Below are positions 10,334-20,695 of a DNA stretch of 64,000 nt, piece after piece. The DNA is from a virus. The stretch is from positions 32,001-96,000 of the IMG/VR virus record IMGVR_UViG_3300036715_001290. One strand, given 5' to 3'. The first letter of the stretch is position 1; every line of letters begins with the position of its first letter. Both the position numbers and the translations under genes were made by a program. The notes below the pieces were generated by a model. That model worked only from the letters and a program-made list of their open reading frames with translations. It was not told the origin of the DNA and made no database searches.

Positions 10334-11440
10334 ATGAAAAACACGCTATTAAGAGATGCTATTGCTGATGCAAAGTTAGTGAAGAAACTAGCAATTGACC
10401 AAGCAAGAGAACGTCTTAACGAAGAATTAACTGGTAAAGTTAGAAAAATCGTATCTAAAAATTTGAATGAAGATGAAGATCTTGATTCTGAATTAAATAA
10501 AGATGATTTGGATGAAGCTTTTGAACCAGATGAAGATGACAATCTTGATGAAAATCTTAACGAAGATGACAATCTTGATGAAAATCTTAACGAAGGTGAC
10601 GAGCCTGACGAAGATAATCTTGATGAAGATTTAGATACAACAGATGATGACGAAGATGATCTTGATGATCTTGACGGAACATTTGATGATGAAAACGACA
10701 AGTTAGATGAAGGTACCGAACCTGATGCTGATGATGATATTACTGAAGGTGAAGATCATACTGAACCTGATGCTGATGATATTGATGAAGCATTGTTACC
10801 TGAAGATGAAGACTTTAGCGATCTTAACATCCCAGATGAAGATGAAACTAAAGATGATACTGATATTATGGCTGAACTTGATGCACTTGACCAAGACAAT
10901 GACGGAGACGTCGATGATGTAGATTCAACATTAGTTCCAGAATCTTCAGATGGTACTGGTGATGTAACGGCAGCTGCTGGTGATACTGAACCTGATGCAG
11001 ATGATCTTAAATCTAAATTAGAAGCTGTTGACAAACAACTTCAAGCAACGGTTAAAGAAAATATTAAATTGAAAAAAGCCCTTAAAATTCACGAGAATGC
11101 GGTAACGTATTTAAAGAAAGAATATGCTAAGGTTAACTTATTCAATAGCAAGCTTTATTACACAACCAAAGTATTAAAAGCTATTGGTCTTGATGAAGCA
11201 CAAAAACGTAATGTAATTGCAATGTATGATCGCGCTAATTCACTTCGTGAAGTTCGTTTGATACATGATACTGTTGTAAAGACATTAAACAAAATCAAAA
11301 CAAAAAATCTTTCAAAGATTGCTGAAAGCGCAGGCTCAAGTCGTTCAGTGAAAGTTGTTAATGGAAAGAAACGCGAAGTAATATTCGAAGATAAAAACCT
11401 TAACAGAATGAATCAATTAGCATTCAATGGTAAAAAATAA
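10334..11440 (+). CDS. Acidic prohead scaffold/core protein (gp22-like position)
   Basis: AGGAG before ATG 10334 (the track starts at TTG 10316); D/E-rich middle, coiled-coil C-terminus; directly upstream of the major capsid gene. Confidence 0.8.
   Translation: MKNTLLRDAIADAKLVKKLAIDQARERLNEELTGKVRKIVSKNLNEDEDLDSELNKDDLDEAFEPDEDDNLDENLNEDDNLDENLNEGDEPDEDNLDEDLDTTDDDEDDLDDLDGTFDDENDKLDEGTEPDADDDITEGEDHTEPDADDIDEALLPEDEDFSDLNIPDEDETKDDTDIMAELDALDQDNDGDVDDVDSTLVPESSDGTGDVTAAAGDTEPDADDLKSKLEAVDKQLQATVKENIKLKKALKIHENAVTYLKKEYAKVNLFNSKLYYTTKVLKAIGLDEAQKRNVIAMYDRANSLREVRLIHDTVVKTLNKIKTKNLSKIAESAGSSRSVKVVNGKKREVIFEDKNLNRMNQLAFNGKK
10532..10595 (+). repeat. 30-bp perfect tandem duplication in the scaffold gene (EDDNLDENLN x2)
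   Basis: GAAGATGACAATCTTGATGAAAATCTTAAC at 10532 and 10562. Confidence 0.9.
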
Positions 11441-11467
11441 TTAATTAAAATCACTTAGGAGTGAAAT

Positions 11468-13138
11468 ATGAAAAAAATAAAATATCAAAACTTGTTTGAA
11501 GGCCCAAGCTACGAAGAAAAGTTAGCTGTGTCTACTAAAGGACTTGTTGCGAAATGGCAAAAAACTGGACTTTTACGTGGTCTTAAGACTCAACGTGAAG
11601 TCTCTGCTATGAGCTTAGTTCTTGAAAATCAAGCAAAACAATTGGTTAAGGAATCTTCTTTAGTCAATGGCCCTGGTACTGAAGAGTGGAGTGGTATTGC
11701 ACTTCCATTAGTAAGACGTCTTATTGCTGATATCGCAGCACAAGAGTTCGTTTCAGTACAACCTATGGCTCAACCTAGCGGTCTTGTATTCTTCTTAGAC
11801 TTCAAGTACGGTAGCGGTGCTCAATTAGGCTTTACTCAAAACGCATCAATTTATGGTGGTGATAAAAATGCAGATGGTACTACAGGTTTATTCGGTCGTA
11901 CTAACTCAGCAACTGGTGGTCTTTACGGTGCTGGTCATTTTGCATATTCAATTAACAACTTCCAATCGGCTAGCTTAACAGCAACTGTAACAACTGGTAG
12001 TTGGATTGATGTTAACTTGTCAACTGCTTTAAGCGCATCAGCTGCTGTAAGTAACATTAAGAAATTAGCTGTTACCGCAGGTCCTGAAATTGACGTTTAT
12101 GCAGCACGTGCATTTAACCTTTCATCAGCAAACGCAACTAACGCGGCATTAGTATTCTATCACGACTATACAACTGTTAGTCAAAGTGGTGCTAATTATG
12201 TTGTAACATTTGTAGCCGACGCAACAGCAGCAACTGCTTTAGCAGCAGGTACAAACGCTTTAACACATGCATCTGCTTCAGCAGCATCAGCATGGACATT
12301 GGATTACGTAAAACAAACCACAGCTGATAACCGTGGTGATTTCGAAGATATTTCAGTTTCAGGTTCTTTTGTTGCTCTTGACATCCCTGAAGTTGACATT
12401 ATGATTAAATCTGAGACTGTAGTTGCTAAGACTCGTAAGATGAAGGCAGTATGGACTCAAGAAACCGTTCAAGATCTTCAAGCTTACCAAGCTGTTGATG
12501 CAGAAATGGAATTAACAAACATTCTTAATGAACACCTTGCTCAAGAAATTGACTTGGAAATCTTAGAAATGTTAATCCAAGCTGCTCCAACAATAGACTA
12601 TTGGTCAGCAAGAATCGGTTATGAGTACAATGCAGGTACAAAAACATTACAAAATAATGGTACCAATGCAATGGCTTATACACAACAAACATGGTTCCAA
12701 ACATTAGGTACAAAGATTACCAAGATGAGTAGCCGTATACATCAAAAAACATTACGTGGTGGTGCAAACTTCCTTGTATGTTCACCTGATGTTGCAACCA
12801 TCTTAGAATCTATCCCTGGTTATGCAACCGATGCAGCTGGTGATGAAAAAGAATTTGCTATGGGTATATCTCGTTCAAGTTCATTCAAATCACGCATCAA
12901 GATTTATAAGAACCCTTATTTCACAAATAACGTAATGTTACTTGGTTATAAAGGTACCAGTTTCTTCGAAAGTGGAGCTGCTTATTTACCTTACGTGCCT
13001 TTGATGAGCACACCTGTTATCTATGATCCTGTTACATTTACTCCACGTAAAGGTATCATGACAAGATATGCAAAGAAGGTTCTTCGTCCTGAGTTCTTCG
13101 GCTTAATTGGCGTAGAAGGTATCGACGTTGTATTCTAA
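11468..13138 (+). CDS. Major capsid protein (T4 gp23-like)
   Basis: LPLVRR, VSVQPMAQPSGLVF, AKTRKMKAVWT.E..QDL.A, EID.EIL, YLPYVPL, F.PRKGIMTRY; strong AGGAG and high-expression codon usage. Confidence 0.97.
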   Translation: MKKIKYQNLFEGPSYEEKLAVSTKGLVAKWQKTGLLRGLKTQREVSAMSLVLENQAKQLVKESSLVNGPGTEEWSGIALPLVRRLIADIAAQEFVSVQPMAQPSGLVFFLDFKYGSGAQLGFTQNASIYGGDKNADGTTGLFGRTNSATGGLYGAGHFAYSINNFQSASLTATVTTGSWIDVNLSTALSASAAVSNIKKLAVTAGPEIDVYAARAFNLSSANATNAALVFYHDYTTVSQSGANYVVTFVADATAATALAAGTNALTHASASAASAWTLDYVKQTTADNRGDFEDISVSGSFVALDIPEVDIMIKSETVVAKTRKMKAVWTQETVQDLQAYQAVDAEMELTNILNEHLAQEIDLEILEMLIQAAPTIDYWSARIGYEYNAGTKTLQNNGTNAMAYTQQTWFQTLGTKITKMSSRIHQKTLRGGANFLVCSPDVATILESIPGYATDAAGDEKEFAMGISRSSSFKSRIKIYKNPYFTNNVMLLGYKGTSFFESGAAYLPYVPLMSTPVIYDPVTFTPRKGIMTRYAKKVLRPEFFGLIGVEGIDVVF

Positions 13139-13159
13139 AATTTGTTGAAAGATAAATTT

Positions 13160-13195
13160 AATGGCTCAGATTAATCGTCTGGGCCATTTTTATTT
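13160..13195 (+). terminator. Intrinsic terminator after the major capsid gene
   Basis: AATGGCTCAGA-ttaatcg-TCTGGGCCATT stem followed by a T-rich tail. Confidence 0.85.
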
Positions 13196-13251
13196 CAACT
13201 AACTTGTAATAAATCCACATATGATATATTTATAATAAAAAAGGATTACAT

Positions 13252-13524
13252 ATGACAACTGCCGATTTACTTAAAGAGAATTTTGTTCATAATGATTGGC
13301 CTAGTGCTGTTTATGAAATGATTACTCCTTCAGATTCAACCGTATTTATTGCACCAACTCGAGAAGTTTTTGTTGGTACTGCTGGACAATTAGTAGTACG
13401 TCGACTTGATGGTGTTATAGTAACAATCCCATCATCTATTATTACAGATGGTACAAGTTTACCTATTAGATGTGATATGATTATGGCCGCAACAACTGCA
13501 CAAAATATTTTGGTATTATATTAA
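13252..13524 (+). CDS. Head spike base / capsid vertex decoration protein (RcGTA Rcc01079-like)
   Basis: YEMITPSDST...R.V.VGTAG.LVVR..DG..VT....G..LPIR...I.A.TTA matches my recollection of this ~85-aa family; directly after the capsid gene. Confidence 0.7.
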   Translation: MTTADLLKENFVHNDWPSAVYEMITPSDSTVFIAPTREVFVGTAGQLVVRRLDGVIVTIPSSIITDGTSLPIRCDMIMAATTAQNILVLY

Positions 13525-13525
13525 T

Positions 13526-13639
13526 ATGAGATTACGTTTAAGATGTTGACTTCGTGTTAATATGAATAAAATTAAATATAGATTTTTTAGACCTATATTA
13601 AGATTATTACATGATGCAACAAATATGATAAAAATATAA
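13526..13639 (+). pseudogene. Possible relic of a head-fibre gene (MRLRLRC*LRVN...)
   Basis: ATG 1 nt after the spike-base stop; in-frame TGA at 13547; pattern resembles an xGLGLG anchor peptide with each Gly codon altered. Confidence 0.3.
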
Positions 13640-13675
13640 TGGTTATAATATAAAAAATTAAATTAGGAATTAAAA

Positions 13676-15106
13676 ATGCCATATAGTATATACTCTAAAT
13701 ACATTGTTAACGGTGAAGGACAACCAGTAACAGGTTCTACAATTAAATTAGTCCCACAGGCTTTAACATATCCAACAGGTGCTATATCATTGGTTGATGA
13801 TCATTTGGTACACCCAGGTCACTATTATACAACCTCGGCTCCAGATGGTGAATATCAATTATGGATTAATGATGTATTATATGAAGAACATATATGGCAT
13901 GGTGAAAATAGAATAACACAAATATCAAATAAATTCAGTCCTGATTTAACATCATTTGTAGGTGGTATTAATAATATTGCTAATGGTCCATCATCATTTG
14001 CATTTGGTGGTGATGCAACTAGTGGCGGTATTAATGAAGCTAGCGGTTTATGTTCAACAACGTTTGGTGATAGTAATTTAGCAAGTGGTCAATTTTCATT
14101 TGCATTAGGAGTTAGTAATATATCTAGTGGTATTGCTAGTTTTGCATTAGGATTAGGTTCTATATCAAGTGGTAATTATTCATTTGCATTTGGCCCAGGC
14201 ACAATATCAAGCGGTTCATCGTCTATAGCAATTGGTAATTCCTCCGAGTCTCATGGTGATTTTTCTGTAGCTATAGGTCAAGGAAATTATGCAATAGGTG
14301 CATATAGTTTTTCGGCAGGTACATCTACATTTGCATCTGGAAGCGCTTCAACTGCATTTGGTAATAGTTCATATGCAACGGGTGATACTAGTTTTGTTTG
14401 TGGTGATTCAACAAATGCAAAAGGACATTGTTCATTTGCTGGAGGTAGTTCATCAAATACAAATGCTGATAATTGTTTTTCGTTTGGTGATAGTAATAAT
14501 GCAAATGGAATTAGTAGTGTAACAATGGGTACAAATAATAGCACTTATGGTATTAGTTCAGTTGCATTAAATAGTGGTAATAATGCAATAGGGGATATGT
14601 CAGTTGCTTTAGGTAACGGTACATCTGCTAATGGTGTATGTTCTATATCAAAAGGTGACAACTCAAGTACAATAATGTTTGGACAAGAAACTACATCAGA
14701 TGGTTCAAATGTAGGTCAATCAAGTACAGTCGATGTATCAGGTGAAATAGGTGGAAGTTTAATAAACAATACATATAAACTTCAATTAAATAGAACGGTT
14801 AATCAAACATTAACACCAACCGATATTCCATTACAAGGTGGAAAAACATATTTATTCGAAGCTCTTATAAGTACATTTTCAATAGACCCAGGCACTCAAT
14901 ATGCATATAAATTAACATGGGCTTGTACAAGTAGCACAATATTAGGAAGTGTAATTACTACACCTATTTATGCACCAGATAATAATCATATACCTGTTAT
15001 AAGTTTAGCTGGTAATAAACTTATTATAACATGCCCTAAAAAGACTACTGATATTGAAGGTTTGAAGTCATATGCACATTTAACTTTCACGGAATTAACA
15101 CATTAA
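13676..15106 (+). CDS. Fibre/adhesin with YadA-head-like (Hep/Hag) 14-residue repeats
   Basis: Repeated ASG..S.A.G....; first ~85 aa shared with the next gene. Confidence 0.75.
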   Translation: MPYSIYSKYIVNGEGQPVTGSTIKLVPQALTYPTGAISLVDDHLVHPGHYYTTSAPDGEYQLWINDVLYEEHIWHGENRITQISNKFSPDLTSFVGGINNIANGPSSFAFGGDATSGGINEASGLCSTTFGDSNLASGQFSFALGVSNISSGIASFALGLGSISSGNYSFAFGPGTISSGSSSIAIGNSSESHGDFSVAIGQGNYAIGAYSFSAGTSTFASGSASTAFGNSSYATGDTSFVCGDSTNAKGHCSFAGGSSSNTNADNCFSFGDSNNANGISSVTMGTNNSTYGISSVALNSGNNAIGDMSVALGNGTSANGVCSISKGDNSSTIMFGQETTSDGSNVGQSSTVDVSGEIGGSLINNTYKLQLNRTVNQTLTPTDIPLQGGKTYLFEALISTFSIDPGTQYAYKLTWACTSSTILGSVITTPIYAPDNNHIPVISLAGNKLIITCPKKTTDIEGLKSYAHLTFTELTH

Positions 15107-15154
15107 TAAATTATCTTATAATTATTTATAAAAGCAAACAAGGATTAAAAATAA

Positions 15155-18100
15155 ATGTCTGATAGCATATTTTCAAAGTATTTTCTAAACAGTGCAGGTG
15201 AACCTGTGCCTAATTTAACAGTCAAACTAGTTCCACAAGCAAACGTAGGATTTGTAGGATCTATAACGTTAATAGAAGATCAATCGCGCCCAGGTTATTA
15301 TTACACAACATCTGCACCAACAGGTGAATATAGATTATATGTTAATAATGTACAATATGAACAACATATATGGCATGGTGATGATAAATTAACAAAAGTT
15401 GCAAGTTATTTTGATACTGATAATAATGCTATAATAATAAACAATGTTAATTTACTAAATTATAGTAGTTCAGGTTATACTAATGTTGTTAGTAAAAATG
15501 GATTTTTATATAATACATCAACCGAAAAGTATTTAGTACCTCCTACAAACATACCATTAACATATTTATCAGCTTCACAAGCAATATCAAGTGGTAGTTT
15601 GCAAACTGATTTAACATATTTTATTACTGATAGAAATGTATATTTGACCGCAAATTCAACATCATCATTTTCTGATTTTGGTTATTATTTATATCAACAT
15701 GGTCAAAAATCATGGGCTGCTCAAAAATTAACAGGTTCTAAATTTGATAATTGTACTGTTTATCAAAGTGGAAGTAATGCTAATGTAAATTCTGTTTATG
15801 TTGGTACCGCTAGCTTATTTAGTGGTAGCGTAGCATCGGTATTTTCTACACCATATTATATAAATAATAAACGATGGATAGAATATTTCCATGATGATTA
15901 TAAAATAAATTATGTTCCTGATAATAGTACTATAGCAACTATAGAAGCTATAGCTAATAATATTAATAAACATCAATCAAATTTTACTTCATATGCAGTT
16001 AATGATCATATTGTTTTACAATCATCAACTGAAGGAACATTACATAATGGTTCTTTAACACATGTCACAAAAACATCCGCATCATTATGTACAAATCCAA
16101 CATTTACATCATCGGCGACAACAATTACTCGTATGAATCATGGTACAAGTGTACCTAATTTTGGTAGATTATTTGAATGTAAATATAATTTTACATTAGA
16201 TAATTTGTATTCATTATATGATCCATTATATGATAATATGGTTGAACAAGATTTTAATTTTCAAAATACACCATCAAATATTCCTATAAGATATAAATCA
16301 TATACACATTCAGAAGCGAAATATACTTTTGAAGGTGATGTTAGAAATTATTTTAGAGTAAATGAAATAACTCGTGCGCATAACTTCAAACCTGATATAT
16401 ATAGAAAAGTTGTTATCAGCAATATTGTTTATTTTAATGGTGAAACATTAATAACAGTTAATGAAGATGCAACGCTAGCATTAGGTGGTACCGATGATGT
16501 AACTAATGGTGGTGAACTTTTAACATTAAATCCTAATGGAAATACTATATTAAATTTTAACTGGGATAATACTAATGTTACAAATAATAAAATTGTAAAC
16601 GCCGTTGTTAAAACAAATTTTATTGATAGTCAAAGTTACATTAAAAATAATAATATTTTTGGTGGAATATTTGGAAATAATATATTATTCTCAAAATCAA
16701 ACATTGAGAAATTAAATACTATTGATGCAAATATACAAAATAATATATTTCAAGTTGGTTCAGGTTTATATAATCTTACTATAAGTGGTGGAAATAAACG
16801 TTCACATAATTATGTAAATTCAATAATATCAAATAATAATTTTATTTCATATAGTAAGTTGTCAAATTTATCATTAACAAATGGTGAATGGATAATTTAT
16901 AATACCTTTTATAATACATCATATACAAATTCAAACTTAAATGGTAATACAAACATATTAAATAATGTTTTTGTATATACTAAACTTGATAAATTTGATA
17001 TGTCAGATCGTTCTACGATTGTTAATAATGATATTAATCATTGTATATTTTATAATACATCATTATCATATGATTCATTTATAAGTACCAATTTATTTAA
17101 TAAAACAACATTTCTAAATAATAAAACCTCACATTGTTTTATTATAGATAATATAATACATTATTTATTATGGAAAAATGATAATTCCGATGATATTAAA
17201 TGGAGAGATCTTCAAACATATGGTGCAGGTTTAGGTTTATATGAAGGTGGATGTGGTCAATTATTATCTACATTTCAAAAGAAAAGTCAAGGATTAACTA
17301 TAGGAACATCTATACAATTTAATAGTAGGTTGAATCCTATAGTTGGTAGCATATCATTTGATTATAAAATGAATGATGTATACATGTATGATACATCAAT
17401 ATATGCATGTGGTAATACAGGTTCCATTATATTAACAGAAAATACAGGTACATCTTGGACTACACAATCTGGAATTTCAACGGCTAATTTTAATAGTTTA
17501 GCAGTATTAGGTGGTGATAGTAAAATTTATGTTGTTGGTGATAGTAACACAATAATGACATCAACCGATCATACTAATTGGAATAATGTTGGTATACCAG
17601 ATGTTAACAGTTACCCAAGTAAATTAAATAAAATAAAATTTATAAATAAAGGTACTGGTTTTATAGTAGGTGATGGTGTTATATATAAAACAATAAATAC
17701 AGGTTCTACTTGGATTGCAAAATCATGGCCATATCAAATAGTTAACTATAACCCAAGACCACCATTTAAAGAATTAAAAAGTGTATATTTCTTAAATGAT
17801 AATGTTGGTTGGGCATGTGGTGTTGAAGGTATAATAGTTAAAACAATTGATGGTGGTGAAACATGGACGTCTCAAACATCAGGTACTACAAAAACAATAA
17901 ATGATATAGTTTTTTATGATAGTTCACATGGTGTTGCCATTTGTAATGATGGTATGGTATTAACGACATCATATGGTGGAAATAATTGGTCTTCACAAAC
18001 ACTAACACCAGTTAGTAATTTAACAAGTCTTAGTCGCAATGTTGATGGATTTTATATCATTACTGGTGATAATGGAAATGTATATGTTTCTGAAGATGGA

Positions 18101-18547
18101 ATATCGTGGACATCATATATTGCTTCTATTTTTTCATTATATGGAGTGTATACATCAATAACAGATGCTTCGGTAGCTGTAGCAGTTGGTGATCATGGTA
18201 CTGTATTAATAAACACTGATGGTGGTGTTAATTGGTCTAGTTTATTTAGTAAACCAAATGAAATAATAATTGCACAAATAAGAAATAAATGTGCAATTGA
18301 TACTGTTATAATTGCTAAAGATTCTGATATACCTGAAAACTTAACGGGATATCCAACAATATCAATAGGTACATCAGATGATGATCAATTATATTTACAA
18401 ACTCAATTATATTCAAATCTATCGGATACTATAATAAACATACCATGGGTATTTAATGATGATTGTAAAACAATTAAAATAAAAATAGATGGTGGTACTA
18501 TTAACAGTGGTGGATTGTTAGTAACATTAAAAGGTATATACAAATAA
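15155..18547 (+). CDS. Large fibre/receptor-binding protein: Asn-rich beta-helix plus BNR/Ycf48-like beta-propeller
   Basis: T.DGG.TW / T.NTG.TW Asp-box-like repeats in the C-terminal third; N-terminus paralogous to 13676. Confidence 0.7.
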   Translation: MSDSIFSKYFLNSAGEPVPNLTVKLVPQANVGFVGSITLIEDQSRPGYYYTTSAPTGEYRLYVNNVQYEQHIWHGDDKLTKVASYFDTDNNAIIINNVNLLNYSSSGYTNVVSKNGFLYNTSTEKYLVPPTNIPLTYLSASQAISSGSLQTDLTYFITDRNVYLTANSTSSFSDFGYYLYQHGQKSWAAQKLTGSKFDNCTVYQSGSNANVNSVYVGTASLFSGSVASVFSTPYYINNKRWIEYFHDDYKINYVPDNSTIATIEAIANNINKHQSNFTSYAVNDHIVLQSSTEGTLHNGSLTHVTKTSASLCTNPTFTSSATTITRMNHGTSVPNFGRLFECKYNFTLDNLYSLYDPLYDNMVEQDFNFQNTPSNIPIRYKSYTHSEAKYTFEGDVRNYFRVNEITRAHNFKPDIYRKVVISNIVYFNGETLITVNEDATLALGGTDDVTNGGELLTLNPNGNTILNFNWDNTNVTNNKIVNAVVKTNFIDSQSYIKNNNIFGGIFGNNILFSKSNIEKLNTIDANIQNNIFQVGSGLYNLTISGGNKRSHNYVNSIISNNNFISYSKLSNLSLTNGEWIIYNTFYNTSYTNSNLNGNTNILNNVFVYTKLDKFDMSDRSTIVNNDINHCIFYNTSLSYDSFISTNLFNKTTFLNNKTSHCFIIDNIIHYLLWKNDNSDDIKWRDLQTYGAGLGLYEGGCGQLLSTFQKKSQGLTIGTSIQFNSRLNPIVGSISFDYKMNDVYMYDTSIYACGNTGSIILTENTGTSWTTQSGISTANFNSLAVLGGDSKIYVVGDSNTIMTSTDHTNWNNVGIPDVNSYPSKLNKIKFINKGTGFIVGDGVIYKTINTGSTWIAKSWPYQIVNYNPRPPFKELKSVYFLNDNVGWACGVEGIIVKTIDGGETWTSQTSGTTKTINDIVFYDSSHGVAICNDGMVLTTSYGGNNWSSQTLTPVSNLTSLSRNVDGFYIITGDNGNVYVSEDGISWTSYIASIFSLYGVYTSITDASVAVAVGDHGTVLINTDGGVNWSSLFSKPNEIIIAQIRNKCAIDTVIIAKDSDIPENLTGYPTISIGTSDDDQLYLQTQLYSNLSDTIINIPWVFNDDCKTIKIKIDGGTINSGGLLVTLKGIYK

Positions 18548-18555
18548 GGATTATA

Positions 18556-20103
18556 ATGAATAAATATTTTACTAAACAATATAAAAATACATTAGGTGAA
18601 CTGGTATTAGAAATAGCTAATATATCATCACTAAGAATAACATCGGGTGTTGATGCAATTGCAACTGGAACTGGTTCTGCTGCATTTGGATTATCCGTTT
18701 TATCATCAGGTACAGGAAGTTTTACATCAGGTCGTTTTAATACTGCTTCTGGTGATTTTTCATTTTCATCCGGTGAAGGTAATTTTGCATCTGGATTATA
18801 TTCAGTTGCTATGGGTAAAAATTCTAGAGCATCAGGTTCAAATTCAATTGCAATTGGTATAAATGCAACATCAAGTGGAGTATTTGGTGTCGCTATAGGT
18901 TCTAATGTAATAGCAGGTTCTTCAGCATTTGTTATGGGTATACAATCAATAGCAAGTGGTTATTATAGTATGGTTTATGGTATTAATTGTACATCAACAG
19001 GCACAGCTGCATTATCAATGGGTTCTGTATGTACGGCAAGTGGAAATAATAGTACATCTATAGGTATGTATAATGTTGCATCCGCTGATTATGCTCAGGC
19101 TTTTGGTAAGTATACTTTAGCAAGTGGTACTAATTCAACAACATTTGGTTATTTAACAACCGCAAGTGGCCAATATTCATTAGCTGCAGGTTTAAGTAGT
19201 ATAGCTTCAGGTTTAGGTTCAATTTCTATTGGTAATGGAAATATATCATCTGGAAATTATTCATTTGCAATAGGTACGGCTTGTGTTGCAACTGGTGGTA
19301 CGAGCGTTGCTATGGGTGTTAGTGCTATAGCATCTGGACTCAATTCCGTTGCTATTGGAAAAGAAGCAATTGCTAGTTCAACATCAGCAATTGCTTTAGG
19401 ATATTCAACAACCGCTAGCGCACAGGCCGCATTTGCTGTTGGTCAAGTTTGTGTTGCAAGTGGAATATATTCAATATCAATGGGATATGGTAATATTGCT
19501 AGTGGAAATTATGCTTTTGCAGCCGGTCAAAATAATACTGCTAGTGGGGCATATTCATATACATTTGGATTATATAATACGGCAAGTGGACAAAGTTCAA
19601 CGGCAATTGGTACATATTTAACAGCAAGTTCATATAATACATTTGTTATTGGTTATAATAACGTTGGTGGTGGAAATAATACAGTTTGGGTTGGTACTGA
19701 TTCATTATTTGAAATTGGTAATGGTTATGGTGGTCAAAAATCTAATGCAATGACTGTACTTAAAAATGGTAATGTTGGTATTGGTACAACTGCATCACAT
19801 TCAACTTTACATTTAAGTGGTTCCAAAGCAGAATCAATTGCTACATTAACTGGTACCGCAACAATAACCGCATTACATAGTAATATTATTGCTAGTTCAG
19901 GTGGAGGCCGTGTTGATTTAACATTACCAACAGCTGTTGGAATTGATGGTAGAATTTATAATGTAAAACGTGTTGGTGCAAATAACGTATATGTTTCAGC
20001 ATCCGCAGGACAAACTATTGATGGTACATCTGTACAAACATTATCAAGTGATTATACTAGAATTAAACTTATAGCAAGTGGTTCAAACTGGTATTTATTT
20101 TAA
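18556..20103 (+). CDS. Fibre/adhesin with long YadA-head-like repeats
   Basis: Many ASG.YS.A.G 14-mer repeats, then LFEIGNG...SNAMTVLKNGNVGIGT and a C-terminal TLP.AVG..GRIY..K...QTIDG domain. Confidence 0.75.
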   Translation: MNKYFTKQYKNTLGELVLEIANISSLRITSGVDAIATGTGSAAFGLSVLSSGTGSFTSGRFNTASGDFSFSSGEGNFASGLYSVAMGKNSRASGSNSIAIGINATSSGVFGVAIGSNVIAGSSAFVMGIQSIASGYYSMVYGINCTSTGTAALSMGSVCTASGNNSTSIGMYNVASADYAQAFGKYTLASGTNSTTFGYLTTASGQYSLAAGLSSIASGLGSISIGNGNISSGNYSFAIGTACVATGGTSVAMGVSAIASGLNSVAIGKEAIASSTSAIALGYSTTASAQAAFAVGQVCVASGIYSISMGYGNIASGNYAFAAGQNNTASGAYSYTFGLYNTASGQSSTAIGTYLTASSYNTFVIGYNNVGGGNNTVWVGTDSLFEIGNGYGGQKSNAMTVLKNGNVGIGTTASHSTLHLSGSKAESIATLTGTATITALHSNIIASSGGGRVDLTLPTAVGIDGRIYNVKRVGANNVYVSASAGQTIDGTSVQTLSSDYTRIKLIASGSNWYLF

Positions 20104-20134
20104 TTAGTTAATATTTATTAAAAAGAGGTAAACG

Positions 20135-20449
20135 ATGATTCTTACTAAAGCTATAGAATTTAATAATTCAAATGTTATATTAAATGTACATAATATTCAG
20201 AACATAAACATATCTGAAGATGGTGATGCTAGATTTTTTGTTATGGGATATGTTGATGAAACATCATTTAATAATAAAAAGGATGCATTTTTTGAAGATG
20301 TATTAAGTTGTAAAATAAATATAGAAAACCCAATAATGCAACAACTATATGATTTTTTACAAACAAATGATAAATATAAATTGGTTATAGAAACACCTGA
20401 AGTTCCTGTTGATGTTATAACACCTACAGATCCTCCAGTAAATAACTAA
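20135..20449 (+). CDS. Small protein, possible fibre chaperone
   Basis: Follows the fibre genes; GAGG upstream. Confidence 0.45.
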   Translation: MILTKAIEFNNSNVILNVHNIQNINISEDGDARFFVMGYVDETSFNNKKDAFFEDVLSCKINIENPIMQQLYDFLQTNDKYKLVIETPEVPVDVITPTDPPVNN

Positions 20450-20458
20450 GGATATATA

Positions 20459-20695
20459 ATGTTAAGTAAAGATACTATAATAAAAATTGCACATGAATGT
20501 GGAGTTGACCTTGATAAAGTTGGATATGACCAATTTGTTTTAGGATTAAAATCCGAAACTGAACATAAAAATATAGCTGATTTAATTACAAGTGATAAGT
20601 TAACACGATATGTAATTTATGGTATGATAGCGGCTGCACATTTTAAAGAAGATCCTAATTATTATCATAAATTATTAGCCGCAGGTTTATCATGA
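20459..20695 (+). CDS. DUF5661-like small phage protein
   Basis: G..SE.EH...IA.AH..EDPNYY.KL pattern. Confidence 0.6.
   Translation: MLSKDTIIKIAHECGVDLDKVGYDQFVLGLKSETEHKNIADLITSDKLTRYVIYGMIAAAHFKEDPNYYHKLLAAGLS

Noticed and set aside
13252-13280. DLLKE in the spike-base N-terminus as a targeting peptide
   Set aside because: The protein is predicted to be external and lacks the MK(L/I/M) start, so the match may be chance.
13676-15420. Diversity-generating retroelement behind the duplicated fibre N-termini
   Set aside because: No reverse transcriptase in the window; the differences are not adenine-specific and lie at N-termini.
14298-19621. Alternative-frame + ORFs inside the fibre genes (14298, 18647, 19433)
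   Set aside because: By-products of repetitive Ser/Gly/Ala codons.
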